Shown: positions 37,372-46,533, counted from the first letter of the stretch. The stretch: DNA of 54,146 bases from a virus (IMGVR_UViG_3300032242_001353:1-54146), one strand, 5' to 3'. Notes: generated from the sequence alone by a model not told the origin. A program made the numbers and translations.

Positions 37372-38439
37372 TTAAGTTCCATTCATAGTTTCTACATCAA
37401 ACGTTTCGGCCACATCATCTTGAATAATACTACCAGAAGCAATTTGATATTTGTTTACAATATACTGCTGAAATGATTTTTGTTTTAGTATTGGTAACCA
37501 AAACTCTTTTGTATCAGTTTCTTTGATACGATACTTCTTATCTTCATATACACCATCTTCATCACGTTTAGAATACCAACCATTACTTGGTTTCGTTACG
37601 TGACCACTTTCGAGTGCAATATCAAGGAGACCAGACCACTTACTAATACCACCATCGAAAGATACAGAAACAGGTATCTTAGATTTTTCTTTAACATAAC
37701 GACTCTTTTCTACATTAATAATAAAATTATAACCAACAACTTCTGTACCTTCTTTTTCTTGCTGACGACCAAGAATAAAGATATTATCTGCTGAGTAATA
37801 TGAACCTGTACCACCACCAACGATGTCTTTAGGGAACATACCAATCTCTTTGTAAGTATGATTAACAACAATCATAGGAACATCTTTCATTGTTAGATGT
37901 GGTGTTACCATTCTGAACAATGATTTAACTTGTTTGGCACGTGACATATCGGCCACTGATTTACCTTCTAATGCATCATCAACTTCTTTCTTCGATGCCA
38001 AGTTACCAATAGAATCGATAACAATAATCAACTTATCATTTCTATCTAAGTTGTTTAACTGTTGCATTACATCAAACTTTAATTGTTCAATATCAGTAAG
38101 AGGAGTATGAAGGACACGATCTGTGTCGATGCCAAAGGAATCAAAGTAGGACTGTGGAGTACCAAACTCTGAGTCATAGAATAATAATGCTGCTTCAGGA
38201 TATTTGTCAAGATATGATTTCGCCATTAAAAGTGAAAAGGCAGTCTTAAAATGTTTTGATGGACCTGCCCACATCGTAAGACCAGGAGTTAAACCACCGT
38301 CCAACCGGCCAGATAAGGCCACATTAATGATAGGAATAGATGTTGGGATCATATCCTTATCAGTAAAGAATTTCGACTTCGATAAGATAGCCGATTCTTT
38401 AATAGAACTATTCTTTTTAATTTTGTCAAGTATGCTCAT
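37372..38439 (-). CDS. uvsX: RecA-like recombinase
   Basis: AGPSKHFKT, YDSEFG, DSIGNLASKKE, NHTY, GGTG..YSAD. Confidence 0.96.
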   Translation of the reverse strand: MSILDKIKKNSSIKESAILSKSKFFTDKDMIPTSIPIINVALSGRLDGGLTPGLTMWAGPSKHFKTAFSLLMAKSYLDKYPEAALLFYDSEFGTPQSYFDSFGIDTDRVLHTPLTDIEQLKFDVMQQLNNLDRNDKLIIVIDSIGNLASKKEVDDALEGKSVADMSRAKQVKSLFRMVTPHLTMKDVPMIVVNHTYKEIGMFPKDIVGGGTGSYYSADNIFILGRQQEKEGTEVVGYNFIINVEKSRYVKEKSKIPVSVSFDGGISKWSGLLDIALESGHVTKPSNGWYSKRDEDGVYEDKKYRIKETDTKEFWLPILKQKSFQQYIVNKYQIASGSIIQDDVAETFDVETMNGT

Positions 38440-39497
38440 TTTTTATCCCTCAATGTTGGTATTTCATATGGTGCTGATTCTTTTTCACGAAATGCAAAAG
38501 CATCATCGTAATCGTACTTAGGTTCAATCTTCTTAACTGGTACATGTTCTTCTGAATACACACCGGGTGAATGGTGTGTTACTACCTTTTCCATTTGCAC
38601 ATCTTCTTCTACTTTGGCAATATTTTCGGTATCAACCACAACTTGTGTTGGATTCCAATCTTCACTTTCTTTCTTTGCCGTTTTAAGTATATTCAATCTA
38701 TCGTTTACTCTTTCCTTAAACACGACAAGTGGATCCTTTTTCTTTTCTTCTTCCTCATTCTCTTTCATTGTCATGTTACCTGCTATCAATAATAACACAG
38801 CCAATGGGTCAAACACAAGCATAATTAAAATGATTACCAATCGAACGGCCTTATCAATAATATCCCGATCAGAACTACCATATATTAATTCGGCTACATA
38901 CTTGATCGGCCCAAAATCCGATTCAGCCTTACGTAATTCGTTCGCAAAAGGTGCTTTCTTTTCGGTAAGATCCGTGATCTCCTTTTGTGCTGTCTGATTT
39001 TCCTCATAAAGGCGGTTACGTTCTTTCTGCTGAGCTTTGCGTATTTGGACCGATCTTTCAGCTCCCTTCTCGTCCTCCGTTCGTGCCATGACCTGATCCA
39101 CTGCCGCATCAAGCTGTTTAAGAGCCAACTTATTTGCATCAATATTCTCCTTCAATATTTTAATTCTATCATCATACATTGCCACCTTATCGGCAACAGG
39201 ACCAATCATTGTAGATTGTTCTAAATGTGACTTTGATAGATAACCAAAAATGCCCATTGAAGTAATGAGCATCAAAATAACCACAGCAATAGTCAAATAA
39301 GTTTTGAGTAATAGTGGTATCTTACTCCAGTTTCTATATAGCCAAGATGTTGTAATCACTTTGGCAAATTCTAAACTAGAACCCATGAATACAACAGGCC
39401 AAAATGCACCAACGAATATTGATGCCAGACCTACAACGGAATAGTATGCAGCAATACCAGAAAGTAATAATGCTGCTAGAAATGTTAAGTAAACCAT
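38436..39497 (-). CDS. multi-pass membrane protein with long coiled coil
   Basis: AAYYSV.GL, LEFAK, LITSMGIFGYLSK, GPIKYVAE, VFDPLAV. Confidence 0.8.
   Translation of the reverse strand: MVYLTFLAALLLSGIAAYYSVVGLASIFVGAFWPVVFMGSSLEFAKVITTSWLYRNWSKIPLLLKTYLTIAVVILMLITSMGIFGYLSKSHLEQSTMIGPVADKVAMYDDRIKILKENIDANKLALKQLDAAVDQVMARTEDEKGAERSVQIRKAQQKERNRLYEENQTAQKEITDLTEKKAPFANELRKAESDFGPIKYVAELIYGSSDRDIIDKAVRLVIILIMLVFDPLAVLLLIAGNMTMKENEEEEKKKDPLVVFKERVNDRLNILKTAKKESEDWNPTQVVVDTENIAKVEEDVQMEKVVTHHSPGVYSEEHVPVKKIEPKYDYDDAFAFREKESAPYEIPTLRDKK
38894..39139 (-). CDS. putative overprinted, highly basic protein (81 aa)
   Basis: AAGGAGAATATTG-ATG inside the coiled-coil region of 38436..39497; alternative frame open for 81 codons. 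Confidence 0.45.
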   Translation of the reverse strand: MQISWLLNSLMRQWIRSWHERRTRRELKDRSKYAKLSRKNVTAFMRKIRQHKRRSRILPKRKHLLRTNYVRLNRILGRSSM

Positions 39498-39498
39498 T

Positions 39499-42063
39499 TT
39501 AAAAGAAGTCCTCTAAGGAAAAGTTTTTCTCTGTAGTCCAACCCATACAATCTAAAACAACTTTGATTGGTTCAACAAATGTCTTGTCGAATTGGGTATC
39601 ATAATCAATGTAGTTCTGCAAATTAAACTCAACAGGTAATCTACTTGGAAAAGAAATGACCATATCTTTAAAATGATTTGGTAATTTCAGATAGGTGAAT
39701 TTAAGTTTTTCACCTTCTTGAATTAATGGATACTTCTTTGTTAAATCCATTTGTTTCAAGAAATGATTATACAATATTGCACCCTTTACATGAATCGGTG
39801 TGCCTTTCTTATATAATGTTGCTGCATCATAATAAGTGGCCAATCCATTACAACCACGAGGAAAAGAAATCTCCTCAACTGGCAACTTATTAAATTCTTT
39901 TCTAAAGTTTTCAATAAAGGCGTGTAAATCATCTTGAGTGCCACTCACCATAATCTTGATGGCTTGTTTCATCTTCTCACGTATGATTGATGGTGTGGAT
40001 GATTTGACCATTTCTAAACCCATGACTTTCATCTTAGGTTCAGCATACTGTACGCCTTCATTATTATACACATTCAATATGTAACGCTTCTTGGCAGTCC
40101 AGATACCTTTATCTGAAAGTCCTTCACGTTTCATTTGCATTTTTTGTTCGTATGCGTGGACATACGTAGCAAGCTCCTGATAACTTTCATCAATATACGG
40201 TTGTATTTTATCTTCACAGACACGGTCCATGAATTCAATAACTTTGGGTCCAGAGATTGATAACTTGCCGTCTTGACCATACACTTTATTAACAAGTGGA
40301 CCAAGTTTGAGATAAATCGAATCTGTGTCTGAGGCGATAACGTAATCATCTTCTGTCTTTAATAATTTATTTAAATAGTCATTTAGTTTTTGTTCAATCC
40401 AACGGATAGACAACTGGCCAGCAGTAGTAACACCCAACGCCATTCTGAGGTCGTAGAATCTAAAATATTGAGAACCAAGAGCACCGTAAGCGCTGTTAAG
40501 AGAAACTTTCTTCGCCAACTGTAAGTTGTTGTATCTGGAGATTCTTTTTTCGATGTCGTATTTTTTGGATTCATCTTTTTCATTTTCATATTCTTGTTGT
40601 GCGGTCAACATTAATTTCTTAAACTTCTTACGATCTTCATACATTTCTTCCATCATACTTGGTAAGAAACCACGAACATCTGTTCTAAAAAATTGTCCGT
40701 TTGGTGTAATCGTAACGTCAACCAAACTTGAAGTGTCTATCTGTTTCTTTAATAAGTTATCTACTGAAACACGAGAAATAATACTACGCATTTCATCCGT
40801 GTAATCTTCTGGTTCAACCAATGTCTCTGGTGAGATATTGTATTGCATGATAAGATGTGGATATAGACTGTTCAAGTCAAATGATGCAACCCAATCATGT
40901 AGGCCTTTTTGTACTTCTTTTACATATGCACCTTCAAAGGCCGAATCTTTACTTTGATGACTACGTGGTGGAACAATGATATTCTTCTCATACAGATATG
41001 CATAAGTCAAAGAGTCCCACATACGAGTTTGTGCAAATACATCTTCGTAATTACACTTCGTATCATAACCGAGAGTTAAGGCCATCTCGACCAATTTAAG
41101 TTTATCTTCCAACTTCAAAACAAGTCTAACGTCTTTGATGTTGTATTCAATAAACTTTTGGTGATCTAAACGATAGAGTGCATGTAGATTATCATACTCA
41201 TCATAAGATAGTTTACCTTCACCCAATTCAATCTGTGCAATATTATCTAGGCGATAGGACTCCTGTGATTTACCACCAGGTGCATACCATTTGTATAACT
41301 CAATATAATCAAGTGATGATACACCAACTAAAGTGTAATCAATCATTTGACGGTGATTAACATTTACTTTACGTTCAGTAATAAAGTTCCAAGGCGATAA
41401 GGCCTTCGTTGGTTGTTCACCAAGTATTTTAGTGAAACGATTTACAAGATATGGAATATCAAAGAACTTCGTATTCCAGCCAGTTACTACATCTGGACAT
41501 TCAGACTTCCATAATTCTAAGAATTGTTTACAAAGAGAATACTCATCTTTGCACTTAATGTAAGTAACATTTGATGTGTCATTCTCTTTGTCTTTTTCTT
41601 TATCATAATCACCACAAGCAAACAGCCAAGTTTTGCCATTTAGATATTCAATACAAATGGCAGTGATTGGTTCTTCTGCTTTATATGGGTCTGGGAAACC
41701 ATTCTCAGAACCAACTTCAATATCTATAAACGCAACAGAGATTTGGTCTTGGTCATAATCAACCATGCCATTATATTGTTCAGCAATAAAGGCATACTCG
41801 AATCTATTTTGACCATAGATTTTAGGTGCACCAGACACATCCTCAAATTGCTTTAAAAATTCTCTAGCCTGTTTGATGTCCTCAAATTTTTTGGGAGCCA
41901 AATTAGAACCAGATAACGTTCTAAATTTTGTATCTTTATTTGTCGGTATGTAAAGTGTAGGTCCATAATCAACTTTATGTTTGACCCGTTTACCATCGAT
42001 TACTCCACGAAAGAGAATCTTACCGCCAAAACTTTGTACGTTTGTATAGAAATTGGAACTCAA
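39499..42063 (-). CDS. gp43: family B DNA polymerase
   Basis: DIE exonuclease, GWN..FFD, SFDLNSLYPH, K..LNSAYG, SDTDS, KKRY. Confidence 0.97.
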   Translation of the reverse strand: MSSNFYTNVQSFGGKILFRGVIDGKRVKHKVDYGPTLYIPTNKDTKFRTLSGSNLAPKKFEDIKQAREFLKQFEDVSGAPKIYGQNRFEYAFIAEQYNGMVDYDQDQISVAFIDIEVGSENGFPDPYKAEEPITAICIEYLNGKTWLFACGDYDKEKDKENDTSNVTYIKCKDEYSLCKQFLELWKSECPDVVTGWNTKFFDIPYLVNRFTKILGEQPTKALSPWNFITERKVNVNHRQMIDYTLVGVSSLDYIELYKWYAPGGKSQESYRLDNIAQIELGEGKLSYDEYDNLHALYRLDHQKFIEYNIKDVRLVLKLEDKLKLVEMALTLGYDTKCNYEDVFAQTRMWDSLTYAYLYEKNIIVPPRSHQSKDSAFEGAYVKEVQKGLHDWVASFDLNSLYPHLIMQYNISPETLVEPEDYTDEMRSIISRVSVDNLLKKQIDTSSLVDVTITPNGQFFRTDVRGFLPSMMEEMYEDRKKFKKLMLTAQQEYENEKDESKKYDIEKRISRYNNLQLAKKVSLNSAYGALGSQYFRFYDLRMALGVTTAGQLSIRWIEQKLNDYLNKLLKTEDDYVIASDTDSIYLKLGPLVNKVYGQDGKLSISGPKVIEFMDRVCEDKIQPYIDESYQELATYVHAYEQKMQMKREGLSDKGIWTAKKRYILNVYNNEGVQYAEPKMKVMGLEMVKSSTPSIIREKMKQAIKIMVSGTQDDLHAFIENFRKEFNKLPVEEISFPRGCNGLATYYDAATLYKKGTPIHVKGAILYNHFLKQMDLTKKYPLIQEGEKLKFTYLKLPNHFKDMVISFPSRLPVEFNLQNYIDYDTQFDKTFVEPIKVVLDCMGWTTEKNFSLEDFF

Positions 42064-42065
42064 AA

Positions 42066-42380
42066 TTAACCCGTTATGATTTGTTTTGTTGGAGGAACAA
42101 CTATACCTGCACCGAATATCTGGTTGTAATTATTGATAAAGTCCTCAGCAGGAGTATAATAATACAAAACGTGTTTTTTGGCAATAGGATATGTGGTGTC
42201 CTTTTCTCCTTGTGGAGCATGGAGTGGCCATGGTGCAAAACCGATGTTAGGTCTACCATCTTGACCTCTAACGATTGCCACACCTACAGGGTTGGTAAGT
42301 ATAAAGTCGGTATCATCGGATTCAACCTCCGCCATGATTTCTTCATTATTTACCAGCTTCAAAATTTGAATATTTTTCAT
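42066..42380 (-). CDS. conserved T4-like hypothetical protein upstream of gp43 (Sm-like fold)
   Basis: ILKL...EEI, L.NP, GFAPW, Y...FG.GIV.P. Confidence 0.75.
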   Translation of the reverse strand: MKNIQILKLVNNEEIMAEVESDDTDFILTNPVGVAIVRGQDGRPNIGFAPWPLHAPQGEKDTTYPIAKKHVLYYYTPAEDFINNYNQIFGAGIVVPPTKQIITG

Positions 42381-42406
42381 ACTTTCTCCTTAGATAAATG
42401 TTCGTT

Positions 42407-42435
42407 ATTATAACACGAAATTTTAGATAAATCAA
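42407..42435 (-). promoter_or_regulatory. sigma70-type promoter TTGATT-N17-TATAAT
   Basis: Heads the replication operon (gp43-uvsX-gp41). Confidence 0.65.
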
Positions 42436-42447
42436 CAGTTTATCTGG

Positions 42448-42455
42448 TATAAATA
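42448..42455 (+). promoter_or_regulatory. T4-type late promoter TATAAATA
   Basis: Perfect consensus ahead of the plus-strand island. Confidence 0.75.
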
Positions 42456-42481
42456 GGTAAACAACTAAAAACGGACAAAAT

Positions 42482-42709
42482 ATGTATTGGGCACCTAATC
42501 TCCAACAATCACCCATTACAATTACTGATGTGGTAGAAAGACACAAGACTTTCTTGTGTGAATTTGTTGACCTAAAGAGAAATGGTTGGTTACATTACTC
42601 TAAGGCCTTAAATACTTTGACATACGGTTTCTGGAGTCCTTTACTAAAGGATTCAGACAAGTATATAGAAAACTTGGCAGAAGATATGAAAAAGTCTATA
42701 AGGACATAA
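42482..42709 (+). CDS. hypothetical protein
   Basis: ORF track; follows the late promoter. Confidence 0.65.
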   Translation: MYWAPNLQQSPITITDVVERHKTFLCEFVDLKRNGWLHYSKALNTLTYGFWSPLLKDSDKYIENLAEDMKKSIRT

Positions 42710-42789
42710 TGATGCAGACTTTATATTTGTTTATCTAATAATAATCTTTGTTATGGACATCATAATGTATAACATACTAACACATATAA

Positions 42790-43443
42790 ATGGATCCATT
42801 ATCAGCATTTGCGGCCGCTCAAACTGCTTTGGGTTTGATCCGCAAAGGAGTAGATTTTTACAAAGAGTGCAAGGCGACCTCGGCTGACGTATCGCAAATT
42901 ACGACCGAGGTTACTGGATACATTGGTAGATTTTTAGATGCAAAGTCAGTAGTACAAGAATCAGCAAGAAAAGCAAAAGAACAAAGTGAAGATCCAGAAA
43001 ATGCAGGTGATCTAAACTCTCAAGCACTAAACAATGTTATGTTACAGATGCAACTCGAAACGGCGGAAAAAGAGTTGCGTGAAATGTTGATCTATGAATC
43101 TCCTGGTTTAGGTGCAATCTGGACAAAGTTTGAAAAAGAAAGAGAACGCCTTAATCAATTAAGAATCAAACAACAAGAAGCAGCTGAAGCTCGTCGCCAA
43201 GAAGAAATACAAGAAGCCAGATTAAGAGCAGCAAGACGTAAAGCAAAGATTCGTGAACTATGGGAAGAAGCACACTGGGCTGCTTTAGTATTATCACTTG
43301 TCATATTCTACGGTGGTTGTATGTATTTGGTTTGGCAAGATAGAATATCACAATATCCAGAATTAGGAACTTGTTTTATACCAAAAGGATCACCCGGATA
43401 TAAAACTTGGAGTAACTTGAGATGGGTTGATTGTGAAAATTAA
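42790..43443 (+). CDS. coiled-coil protein with C-terminal TM and Cys-paired tail
   Basis: MDPLSAFAAAQ.A...I N-terminus, charged helix, TM, C...C tail. Confidence 0.8.
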   Translation: MDPLSAFAAAQTALGLIRKGVDFYKECKATSADVSQITTEVTGYIGRFLDAKSVVQESARKAKEQSEDPENAGDLNSQALNNVMLQMQLETAEKELREMLIYESPGLGAIWTKFEKERERLNQLRIKQQEAAEARRQEEIQEARLRAARRKAKIRELWEEAHWAALVLSLVIFYGGCMYLVWQDRISQYPELGTCFIPKGSPGYKTWSNLRWVDCEN

Positions 43444-43455
43444 CTTAGGATAAAA

Positions 43456-43914
43456 ATGAAAAAACTACTTCTTATTATTATGGCCACACTGTCATTGAAT
43501 TCTTATTCAAAAGAATTTCAAGTTGAGATTGACATTACAAAAACTCCACCTATAGTCAAGTATGCACCAAATGATTGGGTATTTCTTAAGCATGAAAATG
43601 ATTATTCATTCTATATTAACAACGGTGGATTTGAAACATATTCAGATTTATTATTAATATACACACTAGTATCTTTTGATAAACCAAGAGATATTAAAGA
43701 CACCGATATTAAGATAGATAAGATTTACAGTTTTGGTTTATTGGATTGTAACAACGCATTGTTCTCTTTGGTTGGTGAAATGTATGTTGATGTAAATGGT
43801 ATTATACATCAGAATTCACTATATGATGAGGGACAATATGTTGTGAAAATGAATTCTCCTGATACAGCAAGAAACGAAGCATATCTTTCGGCCTGTGTAA
43901 ACAAGAGAATTTAA
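43456..43914 (+). CDS. secreted/periplasmic protein
   Basis: Signal peptide MKKLLLIIMATLSLNSYS; two Cys. Confidence 0.75.
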   Translation: MKKLLLIIMATLSLNSYSKEFQVEIDITKTPPIVKYAPNDWVFLKHENDYSFYINNGGFETYSDLLLIYTLVSFDKPRDIKDTDIKIDKIYSFGLLDCNNALFSLVGEMYVDVNGIIHQNSLYDEGQYVVKMNSPDTARNEAYLSACVNKRI

Positions 43915-43916
43915 TT

Positions 43917-43991
43917 TGGTTGCGGAGGATGGAATCGAACCACCGACCTACGGATTATGAGTCCGTCGCTCTACCGCTGCGCTACTCCGCT
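43917..43991 (-). tRNA. tRNA-Met(CAT), probably initiator type
   Basis: Cloverleaf, anticodon loop CT-CAT-AA, 1:72 mismatch, encoded CCA. Confidence 0.88.
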
Positions 43992-43996
43992 ATAGA

Positions 43997-44242
43997 TTAT
44001 TCGTAAACGAAAATGATTTCTGTAACTGGCACTACATACATTTCACCTTCAAACTTGGTGGCTTTGTTCCAGTTTAACAACACTCTCTCACCAACTGCAA
44101 CTTCATCAACTTCAGGTCCAAGTGCAACAATAACGGCCTTATCTGGTTCTTGTGATGACTTGAGAATAATACCAGACTCGGTTGTATTCTCTTTTGTTGC
44201 TTCACGTTCAACTACAACTTTGTTACCTAATGGTTTAATCAT
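43997..44242 (-). CDS. groES: GroES/cpn10 co-chaperonin
   Basis: IKPLG.KVVV, TTESGIIL, VALGP, VAVGERVL. Confidence 0.9.
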   Translation of the reverse strand: MIKPLGNKVVVEREATKENTTESGIILKSSQEPDKAVIVALGPEVDEVAVGERVLLNWNKATKFEGEMYVVPVTEIIFVYE

Positions 44243-44262
44243 AATATCTCCATAAATAAAAC

Positions 44263-44412
44263 ATGATTAAGTATCCTACACTAAATCTAAACTACCGGCA
44301 AGCAAATAATTCATTTACACCAATTGAATTATACCAGTCACCACCTTCAGATTTTAGACCAATAGTATGGCCTACAATTGGTAATATATTTGGAATTAAA
44401 TCTAAGAATTAG
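44263..44412 (+). CDS. possible small protein (49 aa)
   Basis: MIKYPTLNLNYRQANNSF...; directly after CATAAATA (44251-44258); fills an otherwise empty gap. Confidence 0.4.
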   Translation: MIKYPTLNLNYRQANNSFTPIELYQSPPSDFRPIVWPTIGNIFGIKSKN

Positions 44413-44965
44413 TTAATAACTTATAAGCTTCTGAAAAAGGTATATCTAAAAATACCTGAATGATTGTCCTAGTTTCATCTAAACTATTAGTATCAATTAC
44501 AGAATGTGCTTTCCTAGTATTCAAAAGGTAAACTTCACCACTTGATGCGGTATAAGAAATAACTTCTTTAAGTTTATCTTCATTCACCATATAATAACCT
44601 TTTCCAGAATCTTCTGCGGAATCGGTTACTATTTCATACTCACCGTCATAAAATATTGTTTTTTCTCCATTTGTTTTATGGTAGAAATTAATAACACATC
44701 GTTCTCTAGTATGGATATGTGGAGGAAGTGAAAGTATGGATGTTTTTGTAACACCACTACAATATCTTTTTATATTTTCTGGAAGTAATTCTAAAATTTT
44801 ATTTGTGTTAACGCTAGAAACATAATCACGAACAACACCGTATTCTTTTCTATTTTTTAATTTAACGTGTTTTTCTATAGACCTAGTTTTCCTATCAACA
44901 TCCATATCAATAGTAGAAATATTTAATTTGACTACAAAATCATTATATGTTGATAAAGAATCCAT
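44402..44965 (-). CDS. double-stranded beta-helix (cupin/2OG-Fe(II) oxygenase-like) protein
   Basis: LPPHIH, INFY, YLLN...HSV, R.IIQ; start uncertain. Confidence 0.6.
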   Translation of the reverse strand: MDSLSTYNDFVVKLNISTIDMDVDRKTRSIEKHVKLKNRKEYGVVRDYVSSVNTNKILELLPENIKRYCSGVTKTSILSLPPHIHTRERCVINFYHKTNGEKTIFYDGEYEIVTDSAEDSGKGYYMVNEDKLKEVISYTASSGEVYLLNTRKAHSVIDTNSLDETRTIIQVFLDIPFSEAYKLLTNS

Positions 44966-45458
44966 AAGAATCTTCCAGTGCTGTAACCGTTTTATTTCCA
45001 GATGAAAATTTAATTCTGTTTGTACCAGAATAAGTTTTTCCTCCAATGTCTAAAGAACCAAAGGCCAAAAATAATTTTTTACCTTGTTCAACTTCAGTAG
45101 ATTGTCCAGATAGTAATTTAAAGTATGTTAACTTTTCACGCAAAGGTAAATAGTCTACATTTAAAGATGGTGCAAAACAGAAATAATCAAATTCATCTTC
45201 AAAAATAACTTGATATTCACCTTTATTCAATGGAGTATCTAGATTAGTTGTATCACCAATGAAGCGTACAAGTTCTTCTCCAGTTTCAATATTTTTAAGT
45301 ATTACTTTACCGCCGTTTGATTGTAATGTAATGTAATCAAAATTTGACCCCACATATAAGATGTTATTTTCATAAGGAGGTGAGTAAATAATTTCACCGG
45401 CTGGTACTTTGACTTCAGCACAAGTTAATTCAAAAGCACCGTGTAATTTTGTTTCCAT
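44943..45458 (-). CDS. hypothetical beta-rich protein
   Basis: ORF track. Confidence 0.7.
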   Translation of the reverse strand: METKLHGAFELTCAEVKVPAGEIIYSPPYENNILYVGSNFDYITLQSNGGKVILKNIETGEELVRFIGDTTNLDTPLNKGEYQVIFEDEFDYFCFAPSLNVDYLPLREKLTYFKLLSGQSTEVEQGKKLFLAFGSLDIGGKTYSGTNRIKFSSGNKTVTALEDSYGFFINI

Positions 45459-45459
45459 T

Positions 45460-45828
45460 TTATACCTCGATAACTGGATGATCTTCTGGACTCATTGCTT
45501 CGGTATTTATGATTTCAGGAACAATTATATCTGCTGCATCATATTCAAAGGTTGAGCCAACTAGACCTTTTAGGAAGTCTTGTCTAGACTTATTTGCGGC
45601 CAAAGATTCTCTGGCCACCTGTTGTTGAATAACGGGTATTCCAGCAATGGCAATTTTTTTCTTTAATTCTTCAATATCTGTAATGTCCGACCAATGATTA
45701 TCAACCTGAATTGCTACTGGTGGATAACTTGCAGGGTCAATTGATTGTGTTTCATCTGATGCAAAAGATACTTGCAAAGAATGATTTACTGAATCATATG
45801 ATACGATTTTTAGTTTTATTTTTTCCAT
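45460..45828 (-). CDS. hypothetical protein
   Basis: ORF track; late-type promoter upstream. Confidence 0.7.
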   Translation of the reverse strand: MEKIKLKIVSYDSVNHSLQVSFASDETQSIDPASYPPVAIQVDNHWSDITDIEELKKKIAIAGIPVIQQQVARESLAANKSRQDFLKGLVGSTFEYDAADIIVPEIINTEAMSPEDHPVIEV

Positions 45829-45856
45829 GTTAGTTCCTATAAAAACTTTACATGAC

Positions 45857-45864
45857 TATTTATG
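45857..45864 (-). promoter_or_regulatory. T4-type late promoter variant CATAAATA
   Basis: ~28 nt upstream of the 45828 start. Confidence 0.55.
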
Positions 45865-45874
45865 TGAGATAATC

Positions 45875-45948
45875 TGGCTCCGGTGGAGGGAATCGAACCC
45901 CCACTAACGGTTTTGGAGACCGCTGCGCTGCCATTACGCCACACCGAA
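45875..45948 (-). tRNA. tRNA-Trp(CCA)
   Basis: Cloverleaf, CT-CCA-AA loop, TTCGATT T-loop, CCA end. Confidence 0.92.
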
Positions 45949-45953
45949 ATATC

Positions 45954-46196
45954 TTATTCTTTTAATAGTTGTTTACTTTCGGTCAATTGTTGTTCTTGTA
46001 ATTTGACCTTATATTCTTCATTAGTTAGGGAATGCCAACCAATACATTGTCCGGTAGGACTACGGCCACAACCACAAGGTGTTGATTTTTGTTCACTCAT
46101 TTTACTCCCCTTAAATATTTTATCCCAATTGTCCTCAAATGTTTTTTTATCTACACTGTAAGGCCTTGGCACACTACCTTTTCCACCGTCACTCAT
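45954..46196 (-). CDS. small protein with a CDGSH-like Cys/His module (internal start at 46100)
   Basis: MSDGGKGS.PRP module followed in frame by GGGGAG-ATG and CGCGRSPTGQCIGWH. Confidence 0.7.
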   Translation of the reverse strand: MSDGGKGSVPRPYSVDKKTFEDNWDKIFKGSKMSEQKSTPCGCGRSPTGQCIGWHSLTNEEYKVKLQEQQLTESKQLLKE

Positions 46197-46444
46197 ATTG
46201 TTACATCAACCTTATTTCTAATTTTTATTCCAACATATGTGCCACAAAATGCACCTAAACAAGCAGGTATTAATAACCAATGGTCGGCAGTATATTCAAT
46301 CACAGCAATACTACCAATCAACCATATTACAGCACCCCAAAGGCCAGATTTGATAGCCTTATTCTCTGTTATGGATTTTAAATAGTATGTATAGAAAATA
46401 TCTACAACAAATACTGCAACAAAGGTAGTTATATAACTTAACAT
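46193..46444 (-). CDS. small three-TM membrane protein
   Basis: Hydrophobic helices ending GAFCGTYVG; start moved to MLSYITT (AAGGA RBS). Confidence 0.75.
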   Translation of the reverse strand: MLSYITTFVAVFVVDIFYTYYLKSITENKAIKSGLWGAVIWLIGSIAVIEYTADHWLLIPACLGAFCGTYVGIKIRNKVDVTI

Positions 46445-46458
46445 ACTATTCCTTAAAT

Positions 46459-46526
46459 TGGAGCGGAAACTTGGATTCTCACCAAGACACATGAGGGGTA
46501 CTCACGTGCGGTTAATACCTTTCCGC
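46459..46526 (-). ncRNA. D-armless tRNA-Gly-like RNA (68 nt)
   Basis: Acceptor GCGGAAA/TTTCCGC-T-CCA, T-arm CTTGG-TGAGAAT-CCAAG, 8-bp central hairpin, no D stem. Confidence 0.7.
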
Positions 46527-46533
46527 ATAAACT

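Noticed and set aside
2076-41360. Numerous plus-strand ORFs of 60-154 aa opposite minus-strand genes
   Set aside because: Antisense shadows of well-supported genes, with no RBS or recognisable motifs
5320-42063. Introns or inteins in nrdA, nrdB, gp41, uvsX, gp43
   Set aside because: All are uninterrupted and of normal length
45883-46492. ORF 45883..46161 (+) and the N-terminal extension of 46193..46492
   Set aside because: They overlap tRNA-Trp and the tRNA-like RNA respectively; a better start exists at 46444
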